Positions 30,871 to 38,652 of a stretch of DNA of 42,784 nt are shown piece by piece (position 1 is the stretch's first letter; every line of letters starts with the position of its first letter). The position numbers were made by a program, and so were the translations under genes. The notes under the pieces were generated by a model, which worked only from the letters and a program-made list of their open reading frames with translations, was not told the origin of the DNA and made no database searches. This stretch comes from a virus: IMG/VR virus record IMGVR_UViG_3300045988_017185; one strand, written 5' to 3'.

Positions 30871-30873
30871 TAT

Positions 30874-31263
30874 ATGGAAGTCGTTAGTGCTTTTCAGATT
30901 TACCTGTTTGGTTTGTTGCTTAACCTAAAGTCAGACGCTGGTTTCTTAGGTTTCTTGATGTTCTGGGTAGTTGTTGGTCTGGGCATAGCATGGTTTATGT
31001 CTAAGGATAAATATGTATTTGAGGGCCTTTCAGAATACACAGCTTCAATTGCTAAGTGGTTTAAGAGAGCAGTCATTACGTTTGTTTGTCTATTATTGAC
31101 TGCTGTCTTTGCTCCAACTAAAGAGATCGCTACAGCTATGGTTATTGTTCCTCCTGTAGTCAACAATGAGAAAGTCCAAGAGATTCCCCAGAATGTCTTA
31201 TACTTTGTTAATGGTTGGCTGAAGGAAAATACACATAAAGCACAGCCTAAAGAATCTTTCTAA
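30874..31263 (+). CDS. hypothetical membrane protein (about 3 TM)
   Basis: 129-aa ORF with hydrophobic segments FQIYLFGLLL, FLGFLMFWVVVGLGIAWF and VITFVCLLLTAVFA. Confidence 0.65.
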   Translation: MEVVSAFQIYLFGLLLNLKSDAGFLGFLMFWVVVGLGIAWFMSKDKYVFEGLSEYTASIAKWFKRAVITFVCLLLTAVFAPTKEIATAMVIVPPVVNNEKVQEIPQNVLYFVNGWLKENTHKAQPKESF

Positions 31264-31268
31264 CTGAC

Positions 31269-31342
31269 TGGGGTATCGTTCAAAGGTAGGACAACGGATT
31301 TTGATTCCGTCAATCTTGGTTCGATTCCAAGTACCCCTGCCA
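31269..31342 (+). tRNA. tRNA-Gln (anticodon UUG), CCA encoded
   Basis: Hand-folded cloverleaf. TGGGGTA/TACCCCT acceptor with an unpaired U1-U72 end. D arm GTTC-AAAGGTA-GGAC. Anticodon arm ACGGA-TTTTGAT-TCCGT. T arm CTTGG-TTCGATT-CCAAG. G-CCA. The 5' UGGGGUA and 3' UACCCC.GCCA ends resemble E. coli tRNA-Gln. Confidence 0.88.
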
Positions 31343-31372
31343 AACTTTGTTTGGTTCTGCCAAGGAGTGACT

Positions 31373-31555
31373 ATGTTGCACACCTACAGAGATGCAATTA
31401 CCGGTAAAGTCTATCAAGTCTATGATGATGAGCCTCCTGATCGTGATGATTCTGAAGAAGACGAGGAGGAGGGGGAAGACGAAGCCTTTGAGGAATCTCC
31501 TAGTCACTATGAGCGTGAGCTAGAGAGATACTACAGATGGCTTTACGGTGAGTAA
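31373..31555 (+). CDS. hypothetical highly acidic protein (60 aa)
   Basis: AAGGAG SD before ATG 31373. The longer ORF from 31301 would overlap the tRNA. Contains DDEPPDRDDSEEDEEEGEDEAFEE. Confidence 0.6.
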   Translation: MLHTYRDAITGKVYQVYDDEPPDRDDSEEDEEEGEDEAFEESPSHYERELERYYRWLYGE

Positions 31556-31639
31556 AGAATGGCCTAGGTAGCCCTGTGGATTATGTACAAATGAAGCAGG
31601 GTAAAGAAGACTGTAGAGAAACGTCTGGACAGCTACAGC

Positions 31640-31682
31640 GCACGGAGTTCTACTGGGTTTTTCATCCGTGCATTTTGTTTTC
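31640..31682 (+). terminator. hairpin plus T-run (GCACGGA...TCCGTGC ATTTTGTTTT)
   Basis: 7-bp stem with an 18-nt loop and a T-rich tail. The loop is large, so confidence is only moderate. Confidence 0.4.
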
Positions 31683-31694
31683 TCCTTGACGACA

Positions 31695-31736
31695 GGGGCT
31701 ATCTTAGAGTATACTCTAGGGTAGCCCCATTTTTTT
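31695..31736 (+). terminator. strong hairpin plus T7 run (GGGGCTATCTTAGAG..CTCTAGGGTAGCCCC ATTTTTTT)
   Basis: Long near-perfect inverted repeat followed by seven T. Located just upstream of the primase-helicase gene. Confidence 0.7.
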
Positions 31737-31757
31737 AAAGATTATCGAGTATGTTCT

Positions 31758-33395
31758 ATGGAAGACAATCATTTCATCAGTCATCTACCATGCCCTAATT
31801 GTGGCAGTCACGATGCACTAGCCATTTATTCTGATGGTCATGCCTATTGTTTTAGCTGTAAGGCATACTATAAAAACTTTGAGGAGAAACAAATGTCTGA
31901 GCCTGTAAGCGAAAAGAAAGACTATGAGTTAGTAGAAGTAGGGTATCTTAATTATGAGGCTCTACCGGCAAGAAAGATCACAAAGGAAACCTGTCAGAAG
32001 TATGGGTATCTTTGTGGTGAATACAAAGGAAAACCTGTTCAAGTTGCTTGTTATTATGATGCAAAAGGTAACTGTGTCGGTCAAAAGCTACGCTTCAAAG
32101 ACAAGGGATTTGCTGTTAAGGGCAAGATTAGTAATGTACTTTTTGGCTCTCAGCTTTGGAGCAATGGTAAGAAGATAGTCATTACTGAAGGCGAGATTGA
32201 TTGTCTTACTGTCAGTCAACTTCAGGGAAACAGATGGCCTGTCGTAAGTATTCCTAATGGCGCACAGGCAGCTAAGAAGGCTCTGGAGGCTAACCTAGAG
32301 TACCTGAACAATTTCGAAGAGATCATCCTAATGTTTGACATGGATGAAGCAGGTCGAAAGGCTATCGAAGAGTGTGTTGATGTGTTGCCTGTAGGTAAAG
32401 CCTTCATTGCTAACCTTCCGATGAAAGACCCTAATGAGTGTCTTGTTAACGGTAAAGGCGATGCTGTCATTCAGGCTATCTGGAATGCCAAACCTTACAG
32501 ACCTGATGGTATCGTAGCCGGTACTGATCTTTACGAAAAGTGTGTAACTGATATTGATGACTTAAAGGATAGTGTTCCGTATCCTTTTGAGGCATTGAAC
32601 AACAAAACTAAAGGAGCTAGGCATGGCGAACTTTATGTCATTACCAGTGGTAGTGGAATGGGTAAATCTACCCTACTCAGGGAACTTGAGTTTTATTTTG
32701 GACAAACAGAAAACTGCGGAATTGTTGCTCTTGAAGAAAGTAATAGAACAACAGGGCTTGAACTCATGTCTCTCTATTGTAATAGACGGCTCAGATTGTA
32801 TCCTGAAGCTGTCTCTGAGTGCGAACGATCAGAGGCTTTTAGTGCAACTATTGGAAATGGACGATACTACCTATATGACCACTTTGGCTCACTCGATAGC
32901 AGCAATTTGTTGTCTAAGATTAGGTACCTCATAGTTGGCTTAGGCTGTAAACGAATCTTTCTTGACCATATTTCCATTGTCGTATCTGGCATGGACAATG
33001 TAGATGATGGTGGTGAACGAAAGGCAATTGACAAACTGATGACTAACCTACGTTCTCTGGTAGAAGAGACGGGTTGTACTATGTTTGTTGTGTCTCACCT
33101 GAAGAGACCTGAAGGTAAGGGACACGAAGAAGGAGGAAAGGTCTCTCTCAGTCAACTAAGAGGCTCTGGTGGTATTGCACAGTTAGCTGACATGGTGATT
33201 GGCTTAGAGAGAAATCAACAAGGTAAGAATCCTAATGTTCTTACTATTCGAGTCCTGAAGAATCGTTTTTGTGGAGAGACTGGAATATCAGGCTACATGT
33301 ATTACGATCAGGAAACAGGACGTTTAAGTGATTATAAAGGAGATATTGAAAGTGACTATGAATTCACTCAAGAACAAGCTTCTGGAGATTTTTAA
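31758..33395 (+). CDS. DNA primase/helicase (T7 gp4-like)
   Basis: 545 aa. N-terminal Zn finger CPNCGSHDALAIYSDGHAYCFSC, TOPRIM-like ITEGEIDCLT...MFDMDEAG, Walker A GSGMGKST, and VVSHLKR/LRGSGGIAQLAD helicase motifs. Confidence 0.95.
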   Translation: MEDNHFISHLPCPNCGSHDALAIYSDGHAYCFSCKAYYKNFEEKQMSEPVSEKKDYELVEVGYLNYEALPARKITKETCQKYGYLCGEYKGKPVQVACYYDAKGNCVGQKLRFKDKGFAVKGKISNVLFGSQLWSNGKKIVITEGEIDCLTVSQLQGNRWPVVSIPNGAQAAKKALEANLEYLNNFEEIILMFDMDEAGRKAIEECVDVLPVGKAFIANLPMKDPNECLVNGKGDAVIQAIWNAKPYRPDGIVAGTDLYEKCVTDIDDLKDSVPYPFEALNNKTKGARHGELYVITSGSGMGKSTLLRELEFYFGQTENCGIVALEESNRTTGLELMSLYCNRRLRLYPEAVSECERSEAFSATIGNGRYYLYDHFGSLDSSNLLSKIRYLIVGLGCKRIFLDHISIVVSGMDNVDDGGERKAIDKLMTNLRSLVEETGCTMFVVSHLKRPEGKGHEEGGKVSLSQLRGSGGIAQLADMVIGLERNQQGKNPNVLTIRVLKNRFCGETGISGYMYYDQETGRLSDYKGDIESDYEFTQEQASGDF

Positions 33396-33543
33396 GATCA
33401 TCATTAACCTTCCTGTGTTGGGTATCATTTGGGCTGTTGATGGTAGTCCTGATGGTAACGAGAATAAGGAGAAGTTTGTTTACTTTGGAAACCTTCTGGT
33501 TATCTGGGTGTTTATCATTGCTTGTATTGTAGGTCTTTGGTAA
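33352..33543 (+). CDS. hypothetical small membrane protein
   Basis: ORF overlapping the helicase 3' end. Start is GTG 33352 (8 nt after AAGGAGA) or ATG 33358. Two hydrophobic stretches. Confidence 0.4.
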   Translation: MTMNSLKNKLLEIFKIIINLPVLGIIWAVDGSPDGNENKEKFVYFGNLLVIWVFIIACIVGLW

Positions 33544-33593
33544 ACTAATTAGTAGAGTATATACGTTAGGCGATACTATATGGAGTATAGGAA

Positions 33594-34034
33594 ATGCTTA
33601 CAAAAATATGCAGTACATGTGGTGTAGAGAAACCTATAACAGAGTTTTATAAACATAAACGTACAAAAGATGATTATAGGAATGAGTGCAAAGAGTGCCA
33701 CTCTAAAAGAGGTAAAGAGTATTATAAAAGAGAAGGCTCAAAAGAAAGACACAGGATTTCAGCAAGAAAATATACATTAAAACAATATGGTCTTGATGAA
33801 TCTTCTTATAAAGCATTATATGAAAATCAACATGGTAAGTGTCTTATATGTGGCAGACACTTTGAAGAGGTTTCAACTAACAGAACAAAAACAGCCTGTG
33901 TAGATCATGATCATGAAACAGGTGTAGTAAGAGGGTTGCTGTGTTGGAATTGTAATGTTGCAATAGGTAAGCTTGGTGATAACCCTGATACTGTTCTTAA
34001 TGCTTATAAGTATCTTAAAGGAGAGCTTAAATGA
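33594..34034 (+). CDS. HNH endonuclease (endonuclease VII-type), free-standing between the helicase and DNA polymerase genes
   Basis: 146 aa. CLICGR......CVDHDHETGVVRGLLCWNCNVAIGKL is the Endonuclease_7/HNH signature. N-terminal CSTCG zinc motif. Confidence 0.85.
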   Translation: MLTKICSTCGVEKPITEFYKHKRTKDDYRNECKECHSKRGKEYYKREGSKERHRISARKYTLKQYGLDESSYKALYENQHGKCLICGRHFEEVSTNRTKTACVDHDHETGVVRGLLCWNCNVAIGKLGDNPDTVLNAYKYLKGELK

Positions 34035-35932
34035 AGTACGTTGTTACTGATATAGAAACAAACGGTCTTTTAGATACTCTTACAAAATTCTGGTGTGCTT
34101 GGACATACGATAGTGAGACTAACGGATATACTCCATTTACTAGCTTTTCAGAATATGTTTCTTTTTTAGAAACAAAAGCATTTGATGGATATAAGCTTGT
34201 ATATCATAACGGTTGCAAGTTCGATATTCCGGCTATTAAAAAGCTCTTAGGTAGAGACCTGAAGTTTGACCCTAGGATTTGTGTGCTTGACACTTTAGTT
34301 ATGTCTAGGCTCATCTACACACAAATCAAAGATATAGATAATGGGCTGGTTAAATCAGGGCGACTGCCTAAGAGACTCTATGGTTCTTATTCTTTAAAAG
34401 CTTGGGGATATCGTTTAGGTGAATTGAAGGGTACTTATGGTGAGTCAGAAGGAGCATGGGATGCTTATTCTGAAGACATGCTTAAGTATTGCAAGCAGGA
34501 CGTTGTTGTAACTCTAAAGCTTTTTAAGCTTTTAATTAGTAAAGGTTATCCAGAAAAAGCCATTGAGCTTGAGCATAGCATTGCTTGGGTAATGGCTAAA
34601 CAGGAACGCAATGGGTTTGTCTTTGATTATGATAAAGCGGTTTCTCTTTATGCTACTCTTAGTGCTAAACGTAGTGAGATTGAAGATAAACTTGTGAAGA
34701 CTTTTGGTTCATGGGAGAAATACATTGGAGACAAAATCTACAAAAGAGACAATGCTAAACGAGGGATTGTTGCGGGTGTACCTTATCCACAGTATGAAAC
34801 GGTGGTGTTCAACCCTAGCAGCCGTGAGCATATTGCTAAAGTCCTTATGGAAAGGGGATGGACTCCGACAGTATTCACAGAGACAGGAAAACCTAAAGTA
34901 GATGAAGAGACTCTACAGTCTGCTATGGATATACCGGAGACAAAACTTATTCTTGAATACCTGTTAATCCAAAAGCGTATCTCTCAGTTGGCTGAAGGAG
35001 ACTACGCTTGGTTAAAGATGGAGAAGAAAGATGGTGATGGTATCCATAGAATTCACGGTAGCGTTAATCCTAATGGGACTGTTACTGGCCGTGCATCTCA
35101 TAGCTTCCCTAATGTTGCACAAGTTCCTTCGGGACACTCAGAATACGGAAAGGAATGTAGGGAGCTATTCACGGTACCTTCTGGATGGTTTGAGTGCGGT
35201 ATCGATGCTTGTGGACTCGAATTGCGTTGTCTTGCTCATTTCCTTTATCCTTATGATAAGGGTGAGTACGGTGATATTATCCTGAACGGAGACATCCATA
35301 CGCATAACCAACATCTTGCAGGTCTTCCTACTAGAGACATGGCGAAGACATTTTGTTATGGGCTATTGTACGGAGCCGGTAATGAAAAGATTGGTTCTAT
35401 CATTGGTGGTAGTGCCTCAGAAGGTAAAGCTTTGAAAGACAAGTTTATGAAGGGACTACCGGCATACAAGAAATTAACTAAGGCTATCCACAATGCCTTG
35501 GTAGAGGACGAAAGGTTTATAGGTGGTAAAAACATTGTTAAATGGCGTAAGCGACATCATAGAGACAATCCTAGTTTGGATATTACTCATTGCCTTATTG
35601 GTCTTGATGGTCGTGTTCTTTATTGTCGCTCTCCCCATAGTGCTCTTAATCTACTTCTTCAGTCTGCTGGTGCCCTCGTCTGTAAGCAATGGGTCATATA
35701 CCTCGAAGAAATGATGCGAGATAGAGGTTACAAGCATGGTTGGGACGGAGACTTTGCCCTTATGGGGTGGATACATGATGAGTGTCAAATTGCTTGTCGT
35801 ACTAAAGAAATAGCAGAAGACTGTGTTAAGATTGCCCAAGAAGCTATGCGTAGAGTACAGGAACACTTTAAGTTTAACTGTCAGTTGGACACCGAAGGAA
35901 AGATCGGTACTAACTGGTTTGAATGTCATTGA
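34031..35932 (+). CDS. DNA polymerase (family A, T7 gp5-like)
   Basis: 633 aa. Exo motif VVTDIETNGL. HGSVNPNGTVTGRASHSFPNVAQVP, IDACGLELRCLAHF (motif A), AKTFCYGLLYGAG (motif B), MGWIHDECQ (motif C) and a C-terminal NWFECH. Largely collinear with T7 gp5. Confidence 0.96.
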   Translation: MKYVVTDIETNGLLDTLTKFWCAWTYDSETNGYTPFTSFSEYVSFLETKAFDGYKLVYHNGCKFDIPAIKKLLGRDLKFDPRICVLDTLVMSRLIYTQIKDIDNGLVKSGRLPKRLYGSYSLKAWGYRLGELKGTYGESEGAWDAYSEDMLKYCKQDVVVTLKLFKLLISKGYPEKAIELEHSIAWVMAKQERNGFVFDYDKAVSLYATLSAKRSEIEDKLVKTFGSWEKYIGDKIYKRDNAKRGIVAGVPYPQYETVVFNPSSREHIAKVLMERGWTPTVFTETGKPKVDEETLQSAMDIPETKLILEYLLIQKRISQLAEGDYAWLKMEKKDGDGIHRIHGSVNPNGTVTGRASHSFPNVAQVPSGHSEYGKECRELFTVPSGWFECGIDACGLELRCLAHFLYPYDKGEYGDIILNGDIHTHNQHLAGLPTRDMAKTFCYGLLYGAGNEKIGSIIGGSASEGKALKDKFMKGLPAYKKLTKAIHNALVEDERFIGGKNIVKWRKRHHRDNPSLDITHCLIGLDGRVLYCRSPHSALNLLLQSAGALVCKQWVIYLEEMMRDRGYKHGWDGDFALMGWIHDECQIACRTKEIAEDCVKIAQEAMRRVQEHFKFNCQLDTEGKIGTNWFECH

Positions 35933-35945
35933 GAGAAAGAAACCT

Positions 35946-36167
35946 ATGAAAGAAAGCATTAAGATTAACTTTATCCATGAACCTGATGGACGTATCGGTG
36001 CTGATGTAGAACGTCATAATAAGGATGGTAGTGCCTCAGTTCACCTGTATCCTCCTCAGGATTGCACTATTGAAGAAATGTGGCTGACAGTATTTTCTGA
36101 GTTGTTCCCTAAAGTTAACTTCATGGTTGAAGAGGTGTATATCGAGGAGGATGATACCAATGAATAA
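35946..36167 (+). CDS. hypothetical protein (73 aa)
   Basis: ATG 35946. The longer ORF from 35823 overlaps the polymerase gene. Acidic C-terminus. Confidence 0.55.
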   Translation: MKESIKINFIHEPDGRIGADVERHNKDGSASVHLYPPQDCTIEEMWLTVFSELFPKVNFMVEEVYIEEDDTNE

Positions 36168-36393
36168 TCTTGTAGAAATTCTTTTGTATATCCAAGAGTT
36201 TTCTCCTAAGCTTCAGAGTGACTTTGCTAGAGAAGAAGCTAAGGTTGTAGCTGAAGCAGCATCTAGAGGATTGATCTCTTCTCTGGACTTCTGTGGGTTT
36301 GCTACGAATCGTTGGCACCTGACATCTAAGGGTGTTAAGATTCTTCAATTGTTCCAACATGAAGGTAACACCAATGAAAAGAATCTTGATTGA
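36160..36393 (+). CDS. T7 gp5.7-like protein
   Basis: GAGGAGG SD before ATG 36160. AREEAKVVAEAASRGLISSL parallels T7 gp5.7 NNASLVAEAASRGHISCL. Confidence 0.6.
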   Translation: MNNLVEILLYIQEFSPKLQSDFAREEAKVVAEAASRGLISSLDFCGFATNRWHLTSKGVKILQLFQHEGNTNEKNLD

Positions 36394-37186
36394 TGCAGAC
36401 ATTCTGTGCTATAGATCATCTTCAGCAGTACAAAAAGATATTGACTGGGGTGATGGTCTTTATACTTGTCATGCCTATTTGTCTGATGCTGAAGATCAGC
36501 TATTCAGTACACTTCAGGATATTGAAGATAAACTGCATGGATATGGTTACGATATAGATAAAGACTATAAGTGGATATTCTGTTTCTCTGGTAAGAATAA
36601 CTTTAGAAAGAATATAAACTCTGAATATAAATCGAATAGAGTAAATCATCGTAAACCAACCTGTTATTATGCTTTGGTTGAATCTCTAAAGTCTTCTTTA
36701 AGTGGTGATCGTTGTATATGGATGGAAGAAGATAGTTTAGAAGGAGATGATCTTATAGGTATCCTTAGTACTTTAAATGACAATGTTGATACCATTATAG
36801 TCTCTATGGATAAAGACTTTAAGACTATTCCATGCAATTACTTAAACTTCTCTAATGGTGAACTATATATTAACGAATGGAAGTATATAAATGCTTTCTA
36901 TAATATTATGTATCAAACCATGAAGGGAGATGTAGTGGATGGCTATAAGGGAGCTAAAGGTTATGGAGACAAGAAAGCTATGTCTATTATTAAGGAATAT
37001 GAAAATAAACCTTTAGACCTCTGGAATGCTGTAGTTAAAGAAGCCTTTAAGGATAATCTAGAAGAAGCCTTGATGAACTACCGTATGGCTCACCTGTTGT
37101 GGAACGGAGAGTATGACTTTGAGAAACACACAGTCATCTTTAAGACACCTGAAGAGCTTATCAACAGCTTCTACGCTAAGCACTAA
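36374..37186 (+). CDS. 5'-3' exonuclease (T7 gp6-like)
   Basis: MKRILIDADIL..., LEGDDLIG, VSMDKDFKTIP and QTMKGDVVDGYKGAKGYG parallel T7 gp6 blocks. Confidence 0.9.
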   Translation: MKRILIDADILCYRSSSAVQKDIDWGDGLYTCHAYLSDAEDQLFSTLQDIEDKLHGYGYDIDKDYKWIFCFSGKNNFRKNINSEYKSNRVNHRKPTCYYALVESLKSSLSGDRCIWMEEDSLEGDDLIGILSTLNDNVDTIIVSMDKDFKTIPCNYLNFSNGELYINEWKYINAFYNIMYQTMKGDVVDGYKGAKGYGDKKAMSIIKEYENKPLDLWNAVVKEAFKDNLEEALMNYRMAHLLWNGEYDFEKHTVIFKTPEELINSFYAKH

Positions 37187-37188
37187 AT

Positions 37189-37210
37189 AATAAAATCTTA
37201 CAATATAGAA
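37189..37210 (+). promoter_or_regulatory. phage RNAP promoter, variant class (AATAAAATCTTACAATATAGAA)
   Basis: Shares AATAAAATCTTAC with the 21105 copy. It sits at the start of the structural gene block. Confidence 0.55.
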
Positions 37211-37222
37211 ATGACTAAAAAT

Positions 37223-37243
37223 AATAAAATCTTACAGAAGATA
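37223..37243 (+). promoter_or_regulatory. possible second variant promoter (AATAAAATCTTACAGAAGATA)
   Basis: The upstream half matches. The downstream half diverges. Confidence 0.35.
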
Positions 37244-37261
37244 AAAGGAGGGCTTTAGGTT

Positions 37262-37513
37262 ATGACAGAGTATTTTGATGAAGTAGAACCTAAGAGTATT
37301 GTTGGGGCTGACTCTGAGGATTCTTTAGAGAAAACTATGGAAGAACCTAAGGTCTCTCCTAAGTTTTCTAAAAGTTTCCTAGAGTTCATGGAGAATACCT
37401 TTGATATTCGTAAGAGTATTCACTACGAGGATTCTATAGAGAAACTGAAAGGAATCCAAGAAGTGATCTCTTATATGAGATATTTATATAATAATAATTA
37501 CAAACTTAATTAA
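37262..37513 (+). CDS. hypothetical protein (83 aa)
   Basis: AAGGAGGG SD. Position of T7 gene 6.5. Confidence 0.65.
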   Translation: MTEYFDEVEPKSIVGADSEDSLEKTMEEPKVSPKFSKSFLEFMENTFDIRKSIHYEDSIEKLKGIQEVISYMRYLYNNNYKLN

Positions 37514-37542
37514 ATAAAGACTTATAAAAGGAACCTATAGAT

Positions 37543-37779
37543 ATGGGTGGTGTAGTTAAAAGTATAGCTAAGGTATTCGGTATAGACAAAGAAGAAGCTC
37601 CTGACGTAAAGATTGAACAAGCAGCTCCTGCTATAGATACTCCTCCAGAAGAACCTAAAGAAGTCGATGTAGGTACACAGACTACTCCTGAACAAAGAAA
37701 GCGTAGAGGGAAGTCTGGTCTTCGTATTGACTTGTCTTCTGCCGCAGGTGGCTCTCGTGGTGGACTTAACATTACTTAA
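37543..37779 (+). CDS. small virion protein, T7 gp6.7/gp7.3-like
   Basis: 78 aa. The basic/Gly-rich C-terminus RKRRGKSGLRIDLSSAAGGSRGGLNIT resembles the T7 gp7.3 tail ...SLSVARSSGGGINI. Confidence 0.6.
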   Translation: MGGVVKSIAKVFGIDKEEAPDVKIEQAAPAIDTPPEEPKEVDVGTQTTPEQRKRRGKSGLRIDLSSAAGGSRGGLNIT

Positions 37780-37790
37780 GGTGTGCCTAT

Positions 37791-38102
37791 ATGGGTAGAA
37801 TAATTAACTCAGCAGGGAGTACCTTTAGAAAAAGAGCCGGTGGTGGAAACTTTGTCACAAGAAAAAGGAGTGATGACTCTACTAAAGTATTGGAAGGTGT
37901 CTGGTTGCCTTCAGGTACAGGTGAAGCTAATCTTGGCTCTAAGGGTACTGTTGATGCTGACATTGCAGGTGGTGCTACTGTACAAGCAGGGAAACCTAAC
38001 AGAAGCAAGGGACAGTCTGTGAACTTTAGTCCTAACAAACGTAGAGTGTCTAAAGGTAATGCAGGTAGTTCAGGTAGTCAAAGAGCTTTAAATATTGTTT
38101 AA
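37791..38102 (+). CDS. small virion protein, T7 gp7.3-like (paralogous tail ...SQRALNIV)
   Basis: 103 aa, Gly/Lys/Ser-rich, with the same C-terminal LNI motif as the preceding ORF. Confidence 0.55.
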   Translation: MGRIINSAGSTFRKRAGGGNFVTRKRSDDSTKVLEGVWLPSGTGEANLGSKGTVDADIAGGATVQAGKPNRSKGQSVNFSPNKRRVSKGNAGSSGSQRALNIV

Positions 38103-38112
38103 TGATAATAAT

Positions 38113-38634
38113 ATGCCCCATAGTGAAGAAAAGAATTCAGTATTGATTGGTCTTGTAGAAACCGATGAAGAAGTAAATTATATTGTTGACAATGGACGTA
38201 AGTATTTTGAAGATACTAGTGCATTGTCTATCTTTAAGATGACTGACTTTGAGTATATCAAAGAGTTCTTTAAGTCAATCATTAAGAAGGATTCGAATAC
38301 TCCTTATTTTCTTTGTAAGTTTACTGATTCTAAGACCAATGAAATTGTAGGTTTTGTATTGTTCTCTATTGGTAGTCCTTGGTATAATCCTAAGTTGACT
38401 GCTATTAGTGAAGAGCTTACTGTCTCCCTTAAGAAAGGGTATGGTATAGCTAGAAGTGTCGCTGCTTATATGGCCTATTTTGTAAAGGAAGGAAAAGCAG
38501 ATATAGCTTCTGGTGCTAGTGCGCAGAATAATTGTGCCCCTGAAGTAGCTAATAGTTATGCTAAGCTTGGCTATGATCGTTATCCTACGTACTACCTTAT
38601 GAGTGACACAATCAAAACCTTTGGTAAAGAATAG
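38113..38634 (+). CDS. GNAT-family N-acetyltransferase-like protein
   Basis: IVGFVLFSIG...ELTVSLKKGYGIARSV (motif A-like KKGYGIA) ...SYAKLGYDRY. Start is ATG 38113 or TTG 38095. Confidence 0.55.
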   Translation: MPHSEEKNSVLIGLVETDEEVNYIVDNGRKYFEDTSALSIFKMTDFEYIKEFFKSIIKKDSNTPYFLCKFTDSKTNEIVGFVLFSIGSPWYNPKLTAISEELTVSLKKGYGIARSVAAYMAYFVKEGKADIASGASAQNNCAPEVANSYAKLGYDRYPTYYLMSDTIKTFGKE

Positions 38635-38652
38635 CAATAAAAATAATAAAAC

